From the human T2T-CHM13v2.0 reference genome, Homo sapiens, in NCBI RefSeq assembly GCF_009914755.1, contig NC_060934.1: DNA of 64,000 nt; one strand, 5' to 3'. A program made the position numbers and the translations under genes. This document shows positions 13,331 through 28,754 of the stretch, one piece after another. Under the pieces are notes generated by a model. The model was not told where the DNA came from. It did no database searches and was given only the letters and a program-made list of their open reading frames with translations. Positions within the stretch are counted from its first letter, which is position 1. Every line of letters begins with the position of its first letter.

Positions 13331-15270
13331 CAAACCTTCCAACAAAGAGCCGACGATGAATCAGATCCCTCCCCAAATAATCCCTCTCCTTCCCCTCTAC
13401 CATCTACACTCTCCACACATGACCATCAAAGGAACTCTCTGAGGAAATGAGAAATGTCTGGCCCTGAGCCTCCCAAGTAATATAGCTGCTGGAAGCACAG
13501 GGGCCAGTCCTCGGGATGCCTGGGAGATGAGCTTATCTGGGGCAGGGGTGGGTTGCACTATTAGCACACAGGTTCTTTGTTCTCCAATCCACGGATGAAG
13601 CTCAAGTTCATTTAGCACCATTGCCAGAGGTAACCTCCATACCCATCTTTGCCTGCCTTTTCCTTTCTCCCAAGCCAGCCTTTCCTACCCTTTACTGTGT
13701 GCAAAAAGTCTAGCCCTGTAACTACTAAAGATTCCTATGCCAACCAGCCCAACCGTGATCACTCCCACTCCCACCATGGTTGTTGACATGAATGTAATAG
13801 GATTGAACCCTTGTCATTCCCATATCATCCCTCTTTCCTTTCCTTTTAGGGCACATTTTAATGAATGAATTGAGCTTATTTCTGAATAAGAGAAGCAGGA
13901 GGAGGTGAAACAGTGATTCTTGTGTTCAGTGAGCTGGGAAAGTAGTTGAACCCTACAGATGGTGACTGAGTTACTGGGAACACAGAGGCTGATCTGACAG
14001 CTGGATATTATGTATCATTTCCCAAGACTCCTGCCCTCACTGCCCAAGTTGCTTTTCCAACAGTGTGGAGACCTTTGTCCCAAGGCACTTGTCCTCATTT
14101 ACAGAACTCACAGGAGGTTAAGGTGATGATTATCAGCCTGGTATCATGCTCCACAGTCTTCACCTTTTCCCTTAACCCTGGAGGTAATTAGTGTTTGATC
14201 TACACATCATGTGGGTGGTAGCTTATTCTTCTGTTCTGTCCTTAAGTAAACTTCTGCCGGTCCTTGATTTCTGGGTTGATCATGTTCCAAGAATCACTAC
14301 AGAGCAGGTGCTGAGCAGTCAGATGACAGCTGTTGATCTGTTGCAAGTGAGCAATTAGAGACTGCAGGAGAATGCCACGCTACACAGTTTACATTGAGTA
14401 TTCAGAAAACCAAATATTTGAGTGCCCACTTTGTGGCAAACACTGAATGTGTACCCACACATACACACACATACACAAACACACATACACAGAGGATGTC
14501 TGTCCTTAGGTACAATTGAATGACCTCTTAAGTGAATTGGACCTTTTCCTCTTTATTTATCTATCTCTTCATTGACTAATTCGTCTCATCATTTTTAAAT
14601 AGTAGTTGGGGAGGAAAGGGGAGAAACAATAGCAAGACCTTTCTAAAGGGAGCTTGTAGGTGTTTTTGTACTATAAACTCAAGTGGTTTTAAAACGAAAC
14701 CCTTTTGGCATATAAAGGTCTTACTCAGGAAATGCTGAAATCCTAGATGTAGAGTTTTAATACATATTTACCTGAAATTCTAGGAATGCAAGGGTTCAAA
14801 TGGACTAAGCAATATCATGGTACTCTCAGCTGGGTCCTTTTTCTAAAGGCAAACTGAAAATCTTTACCAAGCCCAATGCATTCCTTTTAAATCCCATTCA
14901 TATTGTTCATTTCACCAACGAGCAGGAGGAGGGGACGCCAGGAAGGCAATCGTGGTTCTGAAATACTTTTCTGAACGTGGAGAAAAAGTTTTGTTTGTCC
15001 TTCAAGGGCATAAAGAAGAAATAAGAAATCCTCTTCCCTCTCTTTGGCCTCCCCCAAGCAAAGAGCAAGACTCTCACCAAAGCCCGCTTAACATTTTACA
15101 AACACACAAGGACAAGACAGACAGCCGGACAAGAGGGCTGGGCTGGAAATGTTGCCCTATGTTGGCTTAGCTAGCTCTGGTGCTGAGAATAAGCACCAGA
15201 TTGACCTCGAGTGGTGCCCTAGGAGGCCAGTTGAAGTGGAGCTCCTTGACCAAGGCCTGGCTAAGTGGCA

Positions 15271-16654
<1,384 letters not shown>

Positions 16655-16790
16655 CTGGGAGTGGGGTTTGGAGAGCGGGAAAGCACTCGCGGGAAGAAGG
16701 GGCAGAATTTCTGCTGGCCCTCGGTAGTCCTCTGCCCACGTCGGTGATCCGGTCTCGCTTCTCCGCGGGAGCTGAACGGATCCAAATGTT
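16655..16790 (-). other. PRLHR: Inferred PRLHR non-coding exon 1
   Basis: GC-rich segment ending in the splice donor; contains no upstream ATG; the TSS position is approximate. Confidence 0.55.
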
Positions 16791-17402
16791 TCCCAGTGGG
16801 CTAGCAGCTTCTTAGAGGGACTGGGAGCGCCTCCCCTCAGCTCCACCCCCCACTCCAGCTCCCATGTATGGAAAATAGGGGTGGAGCGCGCTCTGCCATG
16901 CTCGGTGCTTAGAGAACTAGTGAAGAGGACAGTGTGGGGAGGATGGAATCCGAAACGGGAGGAGGGGCCGGCAAACCTGGCCAGAGCAGCGAAGAGGACG
17001 AATCTCTACTGCAGGAGCTTGCACGGCCCCTGGAGGGTCAGGGTCCGGAGGAGCGCACAGTGGAGGAGGGCGGAGGAGAGGCGCGAAGCGTCAGGCTATC
17101 GGGAGGAGCCGGTGCAGTCTTAGGAGGGAAGGAGCGGGGAAGGAAGTAGCGGTGGGAGATTGCAATGCAGCTGGGGGCTTGAGAGAGGCACGACTGACCC
17201 GTTCTTAAAGGCTGGATCCTGCCTAGCGGCCAGGTTGCGGAGGGCAGAGACGCTAGAGGGCTCGGGCTGGGATTTAACAGCAGAGCCTGGAGCTGGTCGC
17301 GGACCTGAGGACCCTCACCCTCCCGTGGCCCCGCCACACGAGCCCCCTGCTTGGCTGCAGCGCGCTCAGCGGGCAGCGGGTCCGGCCAAGCCAAAGGCAG
17401 GA

Positions 17403-17423
17403 GTCAGCACCACGGACAGCTTC
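17403..17423 (+). promoter_or_regulatory. REST/NRSF RE1 (NRSE) in the PRLHR promoter
   Basis: GTCAGCACCACGGACAGCTTC, 18/21 consensus match; GPR10 is an established REST target. Confidence 0.9.
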
Positions 17424-18025
17424 CGCTGGATCTGCCGCCCCTCGGGCGGATGATGTGGGGAGGAGCAGGGGAAAATGACTAGGGAATTCCTGCCCCTCTC
17501 TGGATCCGGGTGTTTGGGGAAGGAACCTGGTCCGGTTCAAAGACCTGCCTCGCTGCCTGCTTTCTGGGCTGGGGCTGAGAAGAGTAGGGTGGAGTGGAGG
17601 CAGCTGAGCCGGGGGCCTGGGGGTCGGAGACTCATGACTTTTGCTCCTCTTGGTGGTCACCGCACTCAGTGCCAAGGACGGCGTCGTCTTTTACCTCCCG
17701 GGGTCAGAAAATGCAGCTCTCCTGCCAGTTATTCTACACAGGCACACTTCAGTCTGGCCCAGCGACTCCCCGGCTCACCCTTTCTCTCGCTTTCTTTCTC
17801 GGCTACCGCGACCTGTGCCGTATCTGGCTGCTTCTCCCAGCACAGAGTAGTTCCTGGACTGAGACTTGACCCCTCCCTCCTTGACTGAACACCCACAGGC
17901 CTCTTCTCTTCATTTTAGGATTTTTTAAAAATACTGGTAATTGCAGATTTCAGCTAGGGTAACAAAAGTAACAAACATTTGAGAAGCTTAGGCGTTTCAT
18001 AAAATCTTCAGTAGTATTAAGTCCT

Positions 18026-18040
18026 CATTGAAATGCAAAT
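18026..18040 (+). promoter_or_regulatory. Candidate SOX-POU composite motif
   Basis: CATTGAAATGCAAAT versus canonical CATTGTNATGCAAAT; perfect octamer. Confidence 0.4.
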
Positions 18041-18400
18041 TAGCCTGGCCCACGGGGCAAGAGCCAGGGGAGGAGGGGCCTTTATAAGCTCCCTCCTTAG
18101 AAGCTATCTCATTCCCTCAGCCTCTTGTTTCCTTTTTCCAGAGCATGGAGCTTCATTGTCTCCTCTCTGATAAGTCCTTGTACTTTGTCCTCTGGCTGCA
18201 GATATTCCAGTTAGACTGGAAACTAATATCAATTTATTCCACCCTCCAAATTTAAATGAATCACTCATATAGAAAAAAGTCAATATTGGAACAAAAGTAA
18301 TCAATGTTATGCACCTCTGTCCATCCTAAGCTCACGGTCCCTGAGTTATAATCAATTTAGCTAAAACCAGTGTGTGTGTATATATACATGTATATGTTAG

Positions 18401-18975
<575 letters not shown>

Positions 18976-20671
18976 TCAGTATTATATATACTTTTTTAAT
19001 TGCAGAGCTCTAAATAGGATACAATCAGTGCCTGCCTAATACCTTGCCCAGTAATTTTTCTCATCATTTTCACCTGCAGGGTTTTATGCACCCAAGAGCA
19101 GGGGCACTCTTTTGTTTCAAAATCTCTTAAGCAGAGGAAATTGCAATAAAGTCAGTGAAAAAGGATTTGGGATGTTGTTAGGCCTCCTAACTAGAGCCAT
19201 CATTCTGGTCAATATCATTATATTGGTCAATTATCATATATAATAGTAAAAGTAATAATACGAAGACAACTTTGTCAATAACTGAAGGTCATGTAAACAT
19301 GGATATTTGAAGTTTCAATATTGGGGCACCCTCCAGAGGAAAGAGTGGATCATTTGCCAAATTCCAGATAAAGTTGGGCAAGCATTTTAGTATTATCAAT
19401 ATTTGCAAGGTGGAAAGGAAGTGAACAGCTGTCCTTTGAAGAGGGAATGAAGATTTAATGTGGCCTATTAGGGCTTCATTCCCTCTTCTCCTCACTGGAG
19501 TTAAGGCTAGTCCCTCTCCCAGCCAGCACATCATGATTAAATCATGCTAATGTTCAGACTGTCCAGTACTAAGAATGCTCCAAAAACCTGAGAGAGCATA
19601 AATAAACAAAAAAAAATAGGATAAATGAAGGAAAGGTAATACTTCATACAGTAGACAGCAAACTATGGGATTTTACTTCCTCCCATTCTCCAAAAGTCTT
19701 CAATAGCCCATCCAACCAAGGCCAGATGCTTTCGCATGGTATTTCCAACCAGTGTGCACTCCCTTTCTGATATGTCCTCATTTTTTTGGTCTAGCTTCCC
19801 ACCTCTGTCCATTTTACTTCCTAGGTACAAGCCAAACTTTGCTGGGTGCTGAGATATCCTCACCATTCCTGTCTAATTCCTCTCTTAAGGTTTATTTCTT
19901 TTCTCCACAATGTCAGTTGTTTAATCCCCACTCAACTCTACCTGTCCACATTCTTCACATCCTACAAGACCCAACCCAAGGACAACTGTTCTCAAAGACT
20001 TGTCCCTTCCATAATCTTTCTGTCTTTTATTAATTTCTACCTTGAAATTACGGAAGTGTTTAGCTTCCCTGCCTCCACCAACCCTGACTGTAAATTCTTT
20101 ATGGACAGGGCCAATGTCTTGATACATTTTGTACCTACAACATGCCACGAGCCCAGCAGATACCCAATACATGTGTTTTTCTTTTTCTTTTTTTTTATTG
20201 AATGAATAAAAATAGTTACCATTTACTTAGGGCTTTAGGCATGCCAGCCATTGCTAAGTACATCACACAAATTGTCTCATTTGAGTCCCCTCAAAATTAT
20301 TATTATACCCATTTTACAGATGAGAAAACTGGCTCTCAAGTCAAGAAACTAACCATAATGGCACATCTAGTATGCAGTGGGGTTGGAATTTCATCTTAGA
20401 TCTGCCTGATTCTGGCACCACACCACTCAACTACTATACTTCACTGCCTATGAATGAATGGCAGATGTACCTGCAAAGACTGAAAATACAAGCAGGTTCA
20501 AATGAGATTGAATAAATACAGGAACCCCTCCCCCCATGGTTTATTAAGAAAGCTCTAGAAAATTTAGTTACAACTCACACCTTATCATGTTTAAGCTAAA
20601 CAGATCTTCATGCCTTACCCCAAATGTCTCTTGCTTCCATCCCATATAGGAAACAAAACCTTGGGCCATAG

Positions 20672-21427
20672 TGCTACTGGTGGGTCTTTGCTCCCAGAGC
20701 TCCCAAGATGGTGGTGGGCCACTCCCAAGCAAGACGGCGGCAAGCTTCTTGCTCTCTGACCTGGGGTTTTTGGCCTCACGGATTCCAAGGAATGGAACCT
20801 TGGGCCATGCAGTGAGTGTTATAGCTCTATTAGAAGCCGTGGGTCACGGAAGAGAACCATGGAGCCCAGCAACTAGTGTTCAGCTCGATTAGGACAAACC
20901 CAGGCACTTAGCCGCACAGGAACAATGGTGAGAACCGGAACAGCAATGGGCGCCTCACTGGATCAGAAGCGCAGCGGACACCCTGCTGCATCCAGAGGGG
21001 TGGAAGTCAGAGGCGGGTCTGCGACGACGGCAATCAGCAGTGGTGGACGGCGAGTGAAAGCTCAGCTCGAGCTGGAACAAACACAGACCAGAAGAGTGTG
21101 CAGTTGCAAGATTTAATAGAGTGAAAACAGAGCTCCCATACAATGGGAGGGGACCCAAAGGGGGTTGCCACTGCCAGTTCGAATGCCTGGGTTTATATCC
21201 CGATCATTGTCCCTCCCCCTGTGCGCTCAGGCAATAGATGATTTGACTATTTCTTTACCTCCTGCTTTTAGCCTAATTGGTATTTTAGTGAGCCCTCTTT
21301 ACTACCTGATGGGTCGGGTGTGAGCTGAGTTATAAGCCCCATGTTTAAAGGTGGGTGCGTTCACCTTCCCCAGCTAGGCTTAGGAATTCTTAGTCGGCCC
21401 AGGAAATCCAGCTAGTCCTGTCTCTCA
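20672..21427 (-). mobile_element. LTR17 solo LTR (HERV-W family)
   Basis: Minus strand begins TGAGAGACAGGACTAGCTGGATTTCCT and ends …GACCCACCAGTAGCA; 756 bp; TATA-like GATATAAA at ~21192-21199; ATTAAA at 21112-21117; TSD ATAG/GTAG. Confidence 0.9.
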
Positions 21428-22313
21428 GTAGGAACTTCAGGGGATGGTCTTTGCCAATGATAATAGGTGACACTATGTGGAAAACAGAAGACAGAGACGA
21501 CAGAAGTAAGGACAGCAGTTAGAGTTTTAGGAAGCTTCGTTAAAGGGATCTGAAGATTTGACATCAACTAAGTCCATGCTGATACGTTATAGTTAGCCCA
21601 AATATACAGGAAACCACTAGATATCAGTTTTGACTACTAGCACAAAGAGCTAATTTCTAGCACAATTGTTTGACACTTGTCTAAGGCCAGGTAATAACAG
21701 GGCAGAAGCCCTCCCAAAGTGAGTTTTGTCTTCTACACCTGCCCTGTGTGCTTTCCAACAGCCAGATGCCACCATGGCTCCTCAGGCTGAGCCAGGCACC
21801 AGTTCTAAAAGCTCTTCCAACTCACTGCCTGGCCACACCAGGACTGGCCACCTAAGGCAGAACAGCCTATGGCAGGCAGTGTAAGAATGGATACGACCAT
21901 TCACACAAATGTGAAGAAAACTGTGTGTTTCCATTAGATGCCTTTGAGCAAGTGCCTTTTGTCGCAGCCTCCAGACATACTCATTATTAGATTTTGAAAA
22001 CATTCATTTCCCAGGCTGTCCTCTCACTCTTGAAATAGCAACAGGTCAAGTGGAGAAAAATGATGTTTTAAAAAAGAGGAAAGCCCAGACATAAGCCAAA
22101 GCCGATTACCAAAGGGAGGAGGTAACTCGTCACAAAGCTCCAAATCAAAATAAGAAATAACACACAGCTGTTGAGCTTGAATGACAGCTCTCCCACTATG
22201 AATGTGAATCATTGGACAAATTCTCTACTCTGGAAGAGCCCCAGTTTTGGAAAATCTAATAATCCCTACCTCTGGGGGATGTTGGGAAAACCCAGTGATA
22301 TGACACATGGGAA

Positions 22314-22618
22314 GGTCCAGGCGCCGTGGCTCATGCCTGTCATCCCAGCACTTTGGGAGGCTGAGGCAGGTGGATCACCTGAAGTCAGGAGTTCGAGACC
22401 AGCCTGGCCAACATGGCGAAACCTCATCTCTACTAAAAATACAAAAATTAGTTGGGCATGGTGACATGCGCCTGTAGTCCCAGCTACTCAGGGAAGCTGA
22501 GGCAGGAGAATCGCTTGAACTGAGGAGGCAGAGGTTGCAGTGAACCGAGATCGTGCCACTGCACTCCGGCCTGGGAGAAAGAATGAGCCTCCATCTCAAA
22601 AATAAATAAATAAATAAA
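22314..22618 (+). mobile_element. Alu (AluS-like) with (TAAA)n tail
   Basis: Full dimeric Alu; cacatgggaag/cacgtgggaag TSD. Confidence 0.95.
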
Positions 22619-23565
22619 TCACGTGGGAAGGAATGCAGCTGGCGTGTAGTGACAGTGGCTACTCTTGGAGAACCCTTTTGTCAAGCCTTATGGTGCCGCC
22701 CCTTGTCAAGGAGGTTTTTGGGGTGCAGTTCCCAATTCTTCCACTCAAATGTGACAAACTTTGTGGTTAGAAGAATTTGCTGGTTTTTTACATCTACTTG
22801 ATTCAATCATTGTTTACCAAGCATGCAAAGCCCAGGACTAGATATTACAGGAAAGAATCGGAGACCAAACAAAGAAAAAATGTCATCATTGTCTAAATAC
22901 TTGCAGTCTAGTGAGTGAGAGAGAAGCCTACAAAAATCACTGTGAGGCATGAACCATGATAAATGCTACTACCACATACTATGAAAGAGAGATAAGAATA
23001 CTCACTGGGGAATTTACTAATTGCTTTAGTAAATTAGAATTGTGTTCCCTCTTATAGATCATATTTATTTAAATACACAAAGGTCTTTAAAGTGTTCATA
23101 ATGATTTTTTAACTCAGCTATGTCAACACTGCACATGTGGCTTAATTGTGTCTCTCTCTTTCTATGTTTGTATACAACATACACAACAATGTGGGCCCAT
23201 TATGAATCTCCATGAGTTTATTTTCTCAGGTGGCACAGATGAACCATTCCTCACTCTTTCACCAGCCACATGTGTAGCATCCTTTCTTCCCAGGGGAGGG
23301 GCTCCCTATGATTCCCTGCATCCCTAAGAGGCCCTGGGTTAGAGCATCAGGGTAAAATTGTTATAGGGCACCATCCCTTTCTCCTGTTTTCTGATCATTT
23401 TATCTATTTTTGAAATGCATGTCTTTAAAAATATCCCAAGTGGCCCATGAGTGATGCTGATAATAGGGCCTATTTTTGCTGCAATTATCCAGGGCTGGAT
23501 AATTATCCAGGGCTCTGGAGAGGCTCAGGCAGGCTGAGTTGCTGGGCCCTATAAAGAATTTTACC

Positions 23566-23879
<314 letters not shown>

Positions 23880-24019
23880 TTACAGTGGCTCCATTCCCTT
23901 CCCTTGGTTCTCTGATCACCAGCATCCCTCTCCGGCCATCCCTGGACCTCCCTGAATTCCTGAAGATTCAGGCCCCAGCTAGGGCACCTTCTCTGGTGGC
24001 ACTCTGTGCAAAGATACCA

Positions 24020-24337
24020 CCCTTAAAATACATAATTGACCAACCTGCTCAATTCAGGATCTTAGCAGGCCTTCATTTTCTAACTTCCGATTGGTCTCTT
24101 ATCAATACTCAGATATTAGCAGCATGAATGATGTATCTCAGCCTATTAGGGGTAGATTATATACACAAATGCATAAATAAACACAGAGACCAAAGCAGAA
24201 CACTTGAAAACCATTTGTATTACATTCTTTCCCAAAGACAGGGACAAGGCAATTTGCTTTCCCATTTTGCTTCCCACCCTCCTTCATTATCAACTAGAAA
24301 TGGCTTTTATGGATGGTAAAAACCATCTGGCATCTGC
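24020..24337 (+). repeat. Direct duplication, copy 1 (~320 bp)
   Basis: Aligns end to end with 25911-26245. Confidence 0.95.
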
Positions 24338-25910
24338 TCTGTGATATGTAGCAGTGAAGGGCCTTTGCAGTTACATTCAGATGGGGACCTTGACCTTGCA
24401 GAAGCTCTTCTTTTGGGTTTCCATTAATATACTTCTCCTGCCAAAGCACAGTGATGAACCCAAGCCACATCTCATTATGCTTTCCTCTGAATTATTATCT
24501 GAACACGTCTAAGTTCATGCTGGTGGCCTTATGTGGCGTGAGATATTTTCCTGATTTTTTTTTTTAGACAAAGTGGAGAATGAGAATAGCCCTCGGGTGT
24601 TTTCTTCAGTTGTGTCATACATGTGCATGCAGGCACACACATGTGACATTCAGGGCTGGGAGTTTGGCAGCCTGGGTAGGACAGTGGATCCTCCCTGTGC
24701 CCCATCTTGGCTAGTGCACCTTTGTCACAAGAGAAACAACCCTAACTTTCATCCTTAAGGAGACCATGAGGCAATGTCTCAGGAAAGGGTGAATAATAGG
24801 AAAGTATCATTTTTCTCTTAGTGTGGCCCAAAGGCCACCTTCATCAGAATCAGCTCTGGTGCTTATTAAAAATGCAGAGTGCTGGACCACAAGGCAGGCT
24901 CATTAAATCAGAACCACTGAGGGTGAGGCCTGGGAAAACAAATTTCTAACGAGCACTCTGAGTTATTCTGACACATTTAGGGTAAGAACCATTATCCTAA
25001 AGTCTGTTATTAGCAGGTGAATCCATGAGCCTGGCTCCCTCCTCCTCAAATGACTGGAATATCAGCCAGGGGCACAGAGCAGATGCAAACCCAGCCTGCC
25101 CTCCTGCCCAGAGAGCCCAACAGCTGATCTCAGCCTTCCCTCCCTTTCTCTTTGCATGATAGATGCAGGAAGAAAACAGTATTGTACCTGCTCGGTGCAT
25201 TCTCTAGATTCTACCTTTTTTAAAAAAAATGATTTTTGATGATATAAGCAGCACGTGAACACATTCTCCTGTTTAATAAAAAGCAGATAAGCCTGAAGTT
25301 CCCTTTGACTTTCACCCTCAATCTCCATCTCTCCCTCAGTGGTTACACCTGCCTTTCTAGACCTTTCCCTGTGCATTTACATACATGTATCTGAACCGAT
25401 GGGAAAGAAGTCGTGTTGATGGACATTTAGATTGTTTGCAACAGTTTGCTATTACAACCCTCACTACAATAGACATGTTCCTATATGCTTCCTTGGGGAG
25501 GTTTCTCCAGGGAGTCACTCAGCAAAGGGAAATCTATGAGTCACAAGATATGATCCAATTTACCCTCACCGGTACTGCAGGGGACTCTCTTTTGCTTAAC
25601 GAATTGTAAGAGCTCACTAAATATTGCATGAGTTCTTATAACAGGCAAATGTGGAAAGGGACACTGCTGTTGAACTAAACAGCATTCTTTACCAATGCCA
25701 GGAAAGGCCCTCATGTCCCCCAAACTTGGTCTTCCCTGCATGTTCCCCTTTCTCCTGGTGAGCATCCACACTTGTTCAGAGCTCCCATGGGCACAGCAAG
25801 CTGTCATTGTCCTTACACAATCCACTGTCAACCAGGGCTTCATGGAAGCTACTGGAAAGGATGAATTCTCCTGGGAGAGACATTGGGTCACCCAGTAGAA
25901 CCCGACGTCC

Positions 25911-26245
25911 CCCATTAAAATAGATAATTGACCAACCTGCTTGATTCAGGATCTTAGCAGGCCTTCATTTTTTAACTTTCTATTGGTCTCTTACCCATAC
26001 TCAGATATTAAAATATTAGCAGCATCAGTGATGTATCTCAGCTTAGTCTATTAGGGGTAGATGATATACACAAGTACATAATTAAATAAACACAGAGAAC
26101 GAAGCAAAACACTTGAAAACCATTTGTATTACATTCTTTCCAAAGACAGGGACAAAGCAATTTGCGTTCTCATTTTGCTTCTCACCCTCCTTCATTAACA
26201 ACCAGAAATGGCTTTTATGGATGGTAAAAACCATCTGGCATCTGC
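25911..26245 (+). repeat. Direct duplication, copy 2 (~335 bp)
   Basis: Same sequence as 24020-24337 with scattered substitutions and small insertions. Confidence 0.95.
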
Positions 26246-28014
26246 ATTGACCATTGCACTGCTATCCACCTGGTTCTGAGCTCAGCGGAGGCAGCTCTAT
26301 TTTAATCTTTTTTTTAAAATTTAGATGCCCATGGGAGACTTCACTGAAGCTCAGAATTCCATGGCCAATAAAGTATCTGAGGCCATAGTTGAAGTCACTG
26401 GCCCCCTGGATCAGCTTGGCTTACTAAGACTCCAGCCAGGCTCCTGCAGGAGTAGGCTAGGGAATGAACTGGAAGAAAGACAGCTTGAAGAGACATAAAG
26501 GGAGACAGTAGTGTTATCAGGCCTGCAAGCCAGGACACCAGTGTGCAAATCCCCACATTGAGAGTAACTATCCAAGTCACCCAGAGCAAGCCCTGCCTGA
26601 CTCAGCATCTCCGTTCCCTTATCTCTAAAATCATATTGGGGAAAGGGAACTAGACAATCCCTAAGGTCTCTATAAGCTCTGACAGCCCAGGAGTCAGAGA
26701 CTGTGGTTCTGAGATATTCCTGTCTAGTATCCACACACCTAGATGACACCACTTCTCTGCACACACCTGAATGACACCTTGCCCCACTTCCACCTTTTAA
26801 AAAGCTGTATATCTATATGACATCCTCAGACATCCTCCTCAGACTCACTTTAGCTTTTTCTCCACAGGTCTGGCCTTCCTACATATCTAAGAAAGAACTT
26901 TAAGCCCTTGGATTCACAATTCACTGAGGGAAGAATCCCAGAGGAAATCATTTCGTTCACGCGTACTCCCAGCAATGTTTCCACTCTCGAGCTGTAAGCA
27001 CCGTGAGGCAAGTCAGCCTGAGCAATCGTTGGCAGTCTTCTGAGTTTAGTAAGTGGTGTTTGTTCGATTCCTATGATTCACTCGATCCAATCAAAGCAAT
27101 TACTAACTCACACTCTTCAACCATTTCCCAGCCACGCGAAGGCTCTGTTTGCTACAGTGATGCTTTTTCATGTAAGATTTTCTTTTTTAATTTATAACAG
27201 TCTTTCTACCAGCTTCCCCAGCTACTTTTTTCTCATATGGCAAATTTCATGAACATAATTAACGGATGTGGTGGGGCTTTTTCTTACATCAAATCCACAA
27301 AATTAAACAGCTAGAGAGTTCCCTGAGATGTTTCTTATGCAAGTATCTTCATTAATGATAAAGAAAACACAGAGGATATAAAGCAATTAAACGCGTTCTG
27401 GAAACTGTCTAGTCATAAATCAAGGGTTTCAGCAGCTGACAATCCTAGGAAAATGCTAGGACCTCAAGAGCTTCTTGATTCCATTTCTTCCTTTTATTTT
27501 TTCTTAATTCTATTTACTGGCCTACCAAAAATGCATTTAGATATTTTAGGGGCTCACCGCCCGAGGTGTGATTCGTAGGGCAGCAGCAGCAGCATCTGGG
27601 ATTTGGAGAAAAATGAGAAGCTAGGTCCAGCCCAGACCTCCTGAATCAGGATCTGCATTTTAACAAGATCCCAGGTGATGGATGCCCACATTTCCGTTTC
27701 AGAAGTGTTGTGCCAGAAGCTTCTTCATCTTGCCTCCAGTTGGGTGCCCAGAATTGCCACCCTCATTTGGCATCTGAGTCAGTGCATCTGAGCAGACACT
27801 CCAGTATCATTTAAGAAAACCTCTCTATGAAGCTCAGGCCAAAATCAGGCCCTGAAAGGATCTGTCTCGGATGTGCCCAACCTCATCTTGATTTGTCTGA
27901 TGGAAATGCCTCACCCTGGCCATGGGCTCCAGATAGCGTTTTGGTCACCCAAATCCCCCCGACTCCTTTTCTTCACAGTGTGGGTGTGCATGTATTCGGG
28001 GGTGGGGGTGCATA

Positions 28015-28016
<2 letters not shown>

Positions 28017-28050
<34 letters not shown>
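28017..28050. repeat. (TG)n microsatellite
   Basis: About 17 TG units. Confidence 0.95.
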
Positions 28051-28053
<3 letters not shown>

Positions 28054-28562
28054 ACTTCAGGTGGGGAGTTAGCCCTACTCCTCAGTGTATGCCCATTATC
28101 ATCATATGAGCAAAGCCCTTCTCTTGTAAATGTCTATTTTTTCCTCCTTTATCCCTCTCCTTGGACACTGACTCTAATGATTTCATATGTGCCCTTGAAT
28201 AAATGTGTATATCTTAGAAATAAAATAGTGTGGGTTTGGAGAGAGGCTTAATTTACACGGATGTTACTGTGCCATAAATCTTGTTGTGGGTAATCGTTTT
28301 TTCATTCAGTACTATGCTTTTAAGGTCTATCTATTTGGGAACGTGTATTTCTAGTTCACTGCTTCTAACTGATGCTTTGTATTCCAGAGAAAACAGCAAA
28401 GCCTGTGATAAAGGTGACACTTCAAATCAGTGTGGAAAGGATGAATTGAAGAGATAGCGTCTCACTCTCTTAGTACAAGAGCAGTTGTTGCATTTATATT
28501 CAGGCTAAGCTGCTTTTCTAAGAGACCCCAAATACAGAGTAGCTTCAATAAGAGAAACATTT

Positions 28563-28754
28563 CTTTTTTTGTTTTGTTTGTTTTTTAACATTTATTTTAG
28601 GTTCAGAGGTACATGAGCAGGTTTGTTATATAGGTAAATTGAGTGTTGTGGGGGTTTGGTGTACAGATTATTTTGTCACCCAGGTAATAAGCATAATACC
28701 CAATAGTTTTTTGGTCCTCTCCCTCCTCTCCCTGTCCACCCTCATGTAGGCCCC
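28563..28754 (-). mobile_element. Short 5'-truncated L1 (L1PA/L1PB 3' end)
   Basis: T-rich tail plus ggtacatgagcaggtttgttatataggtaaa…; 13-bp TSD aagagaaacattt at 28550 and 28755. Confidence 0.85.

Noticed and set aside
16887-16911. Possible third, non-canonically spaced RE1 (TAAGCACC-n7-GCAGAGCGC, minus strand)
   Set aside because: Both half-sites are mismatched; too weak without ChIP data
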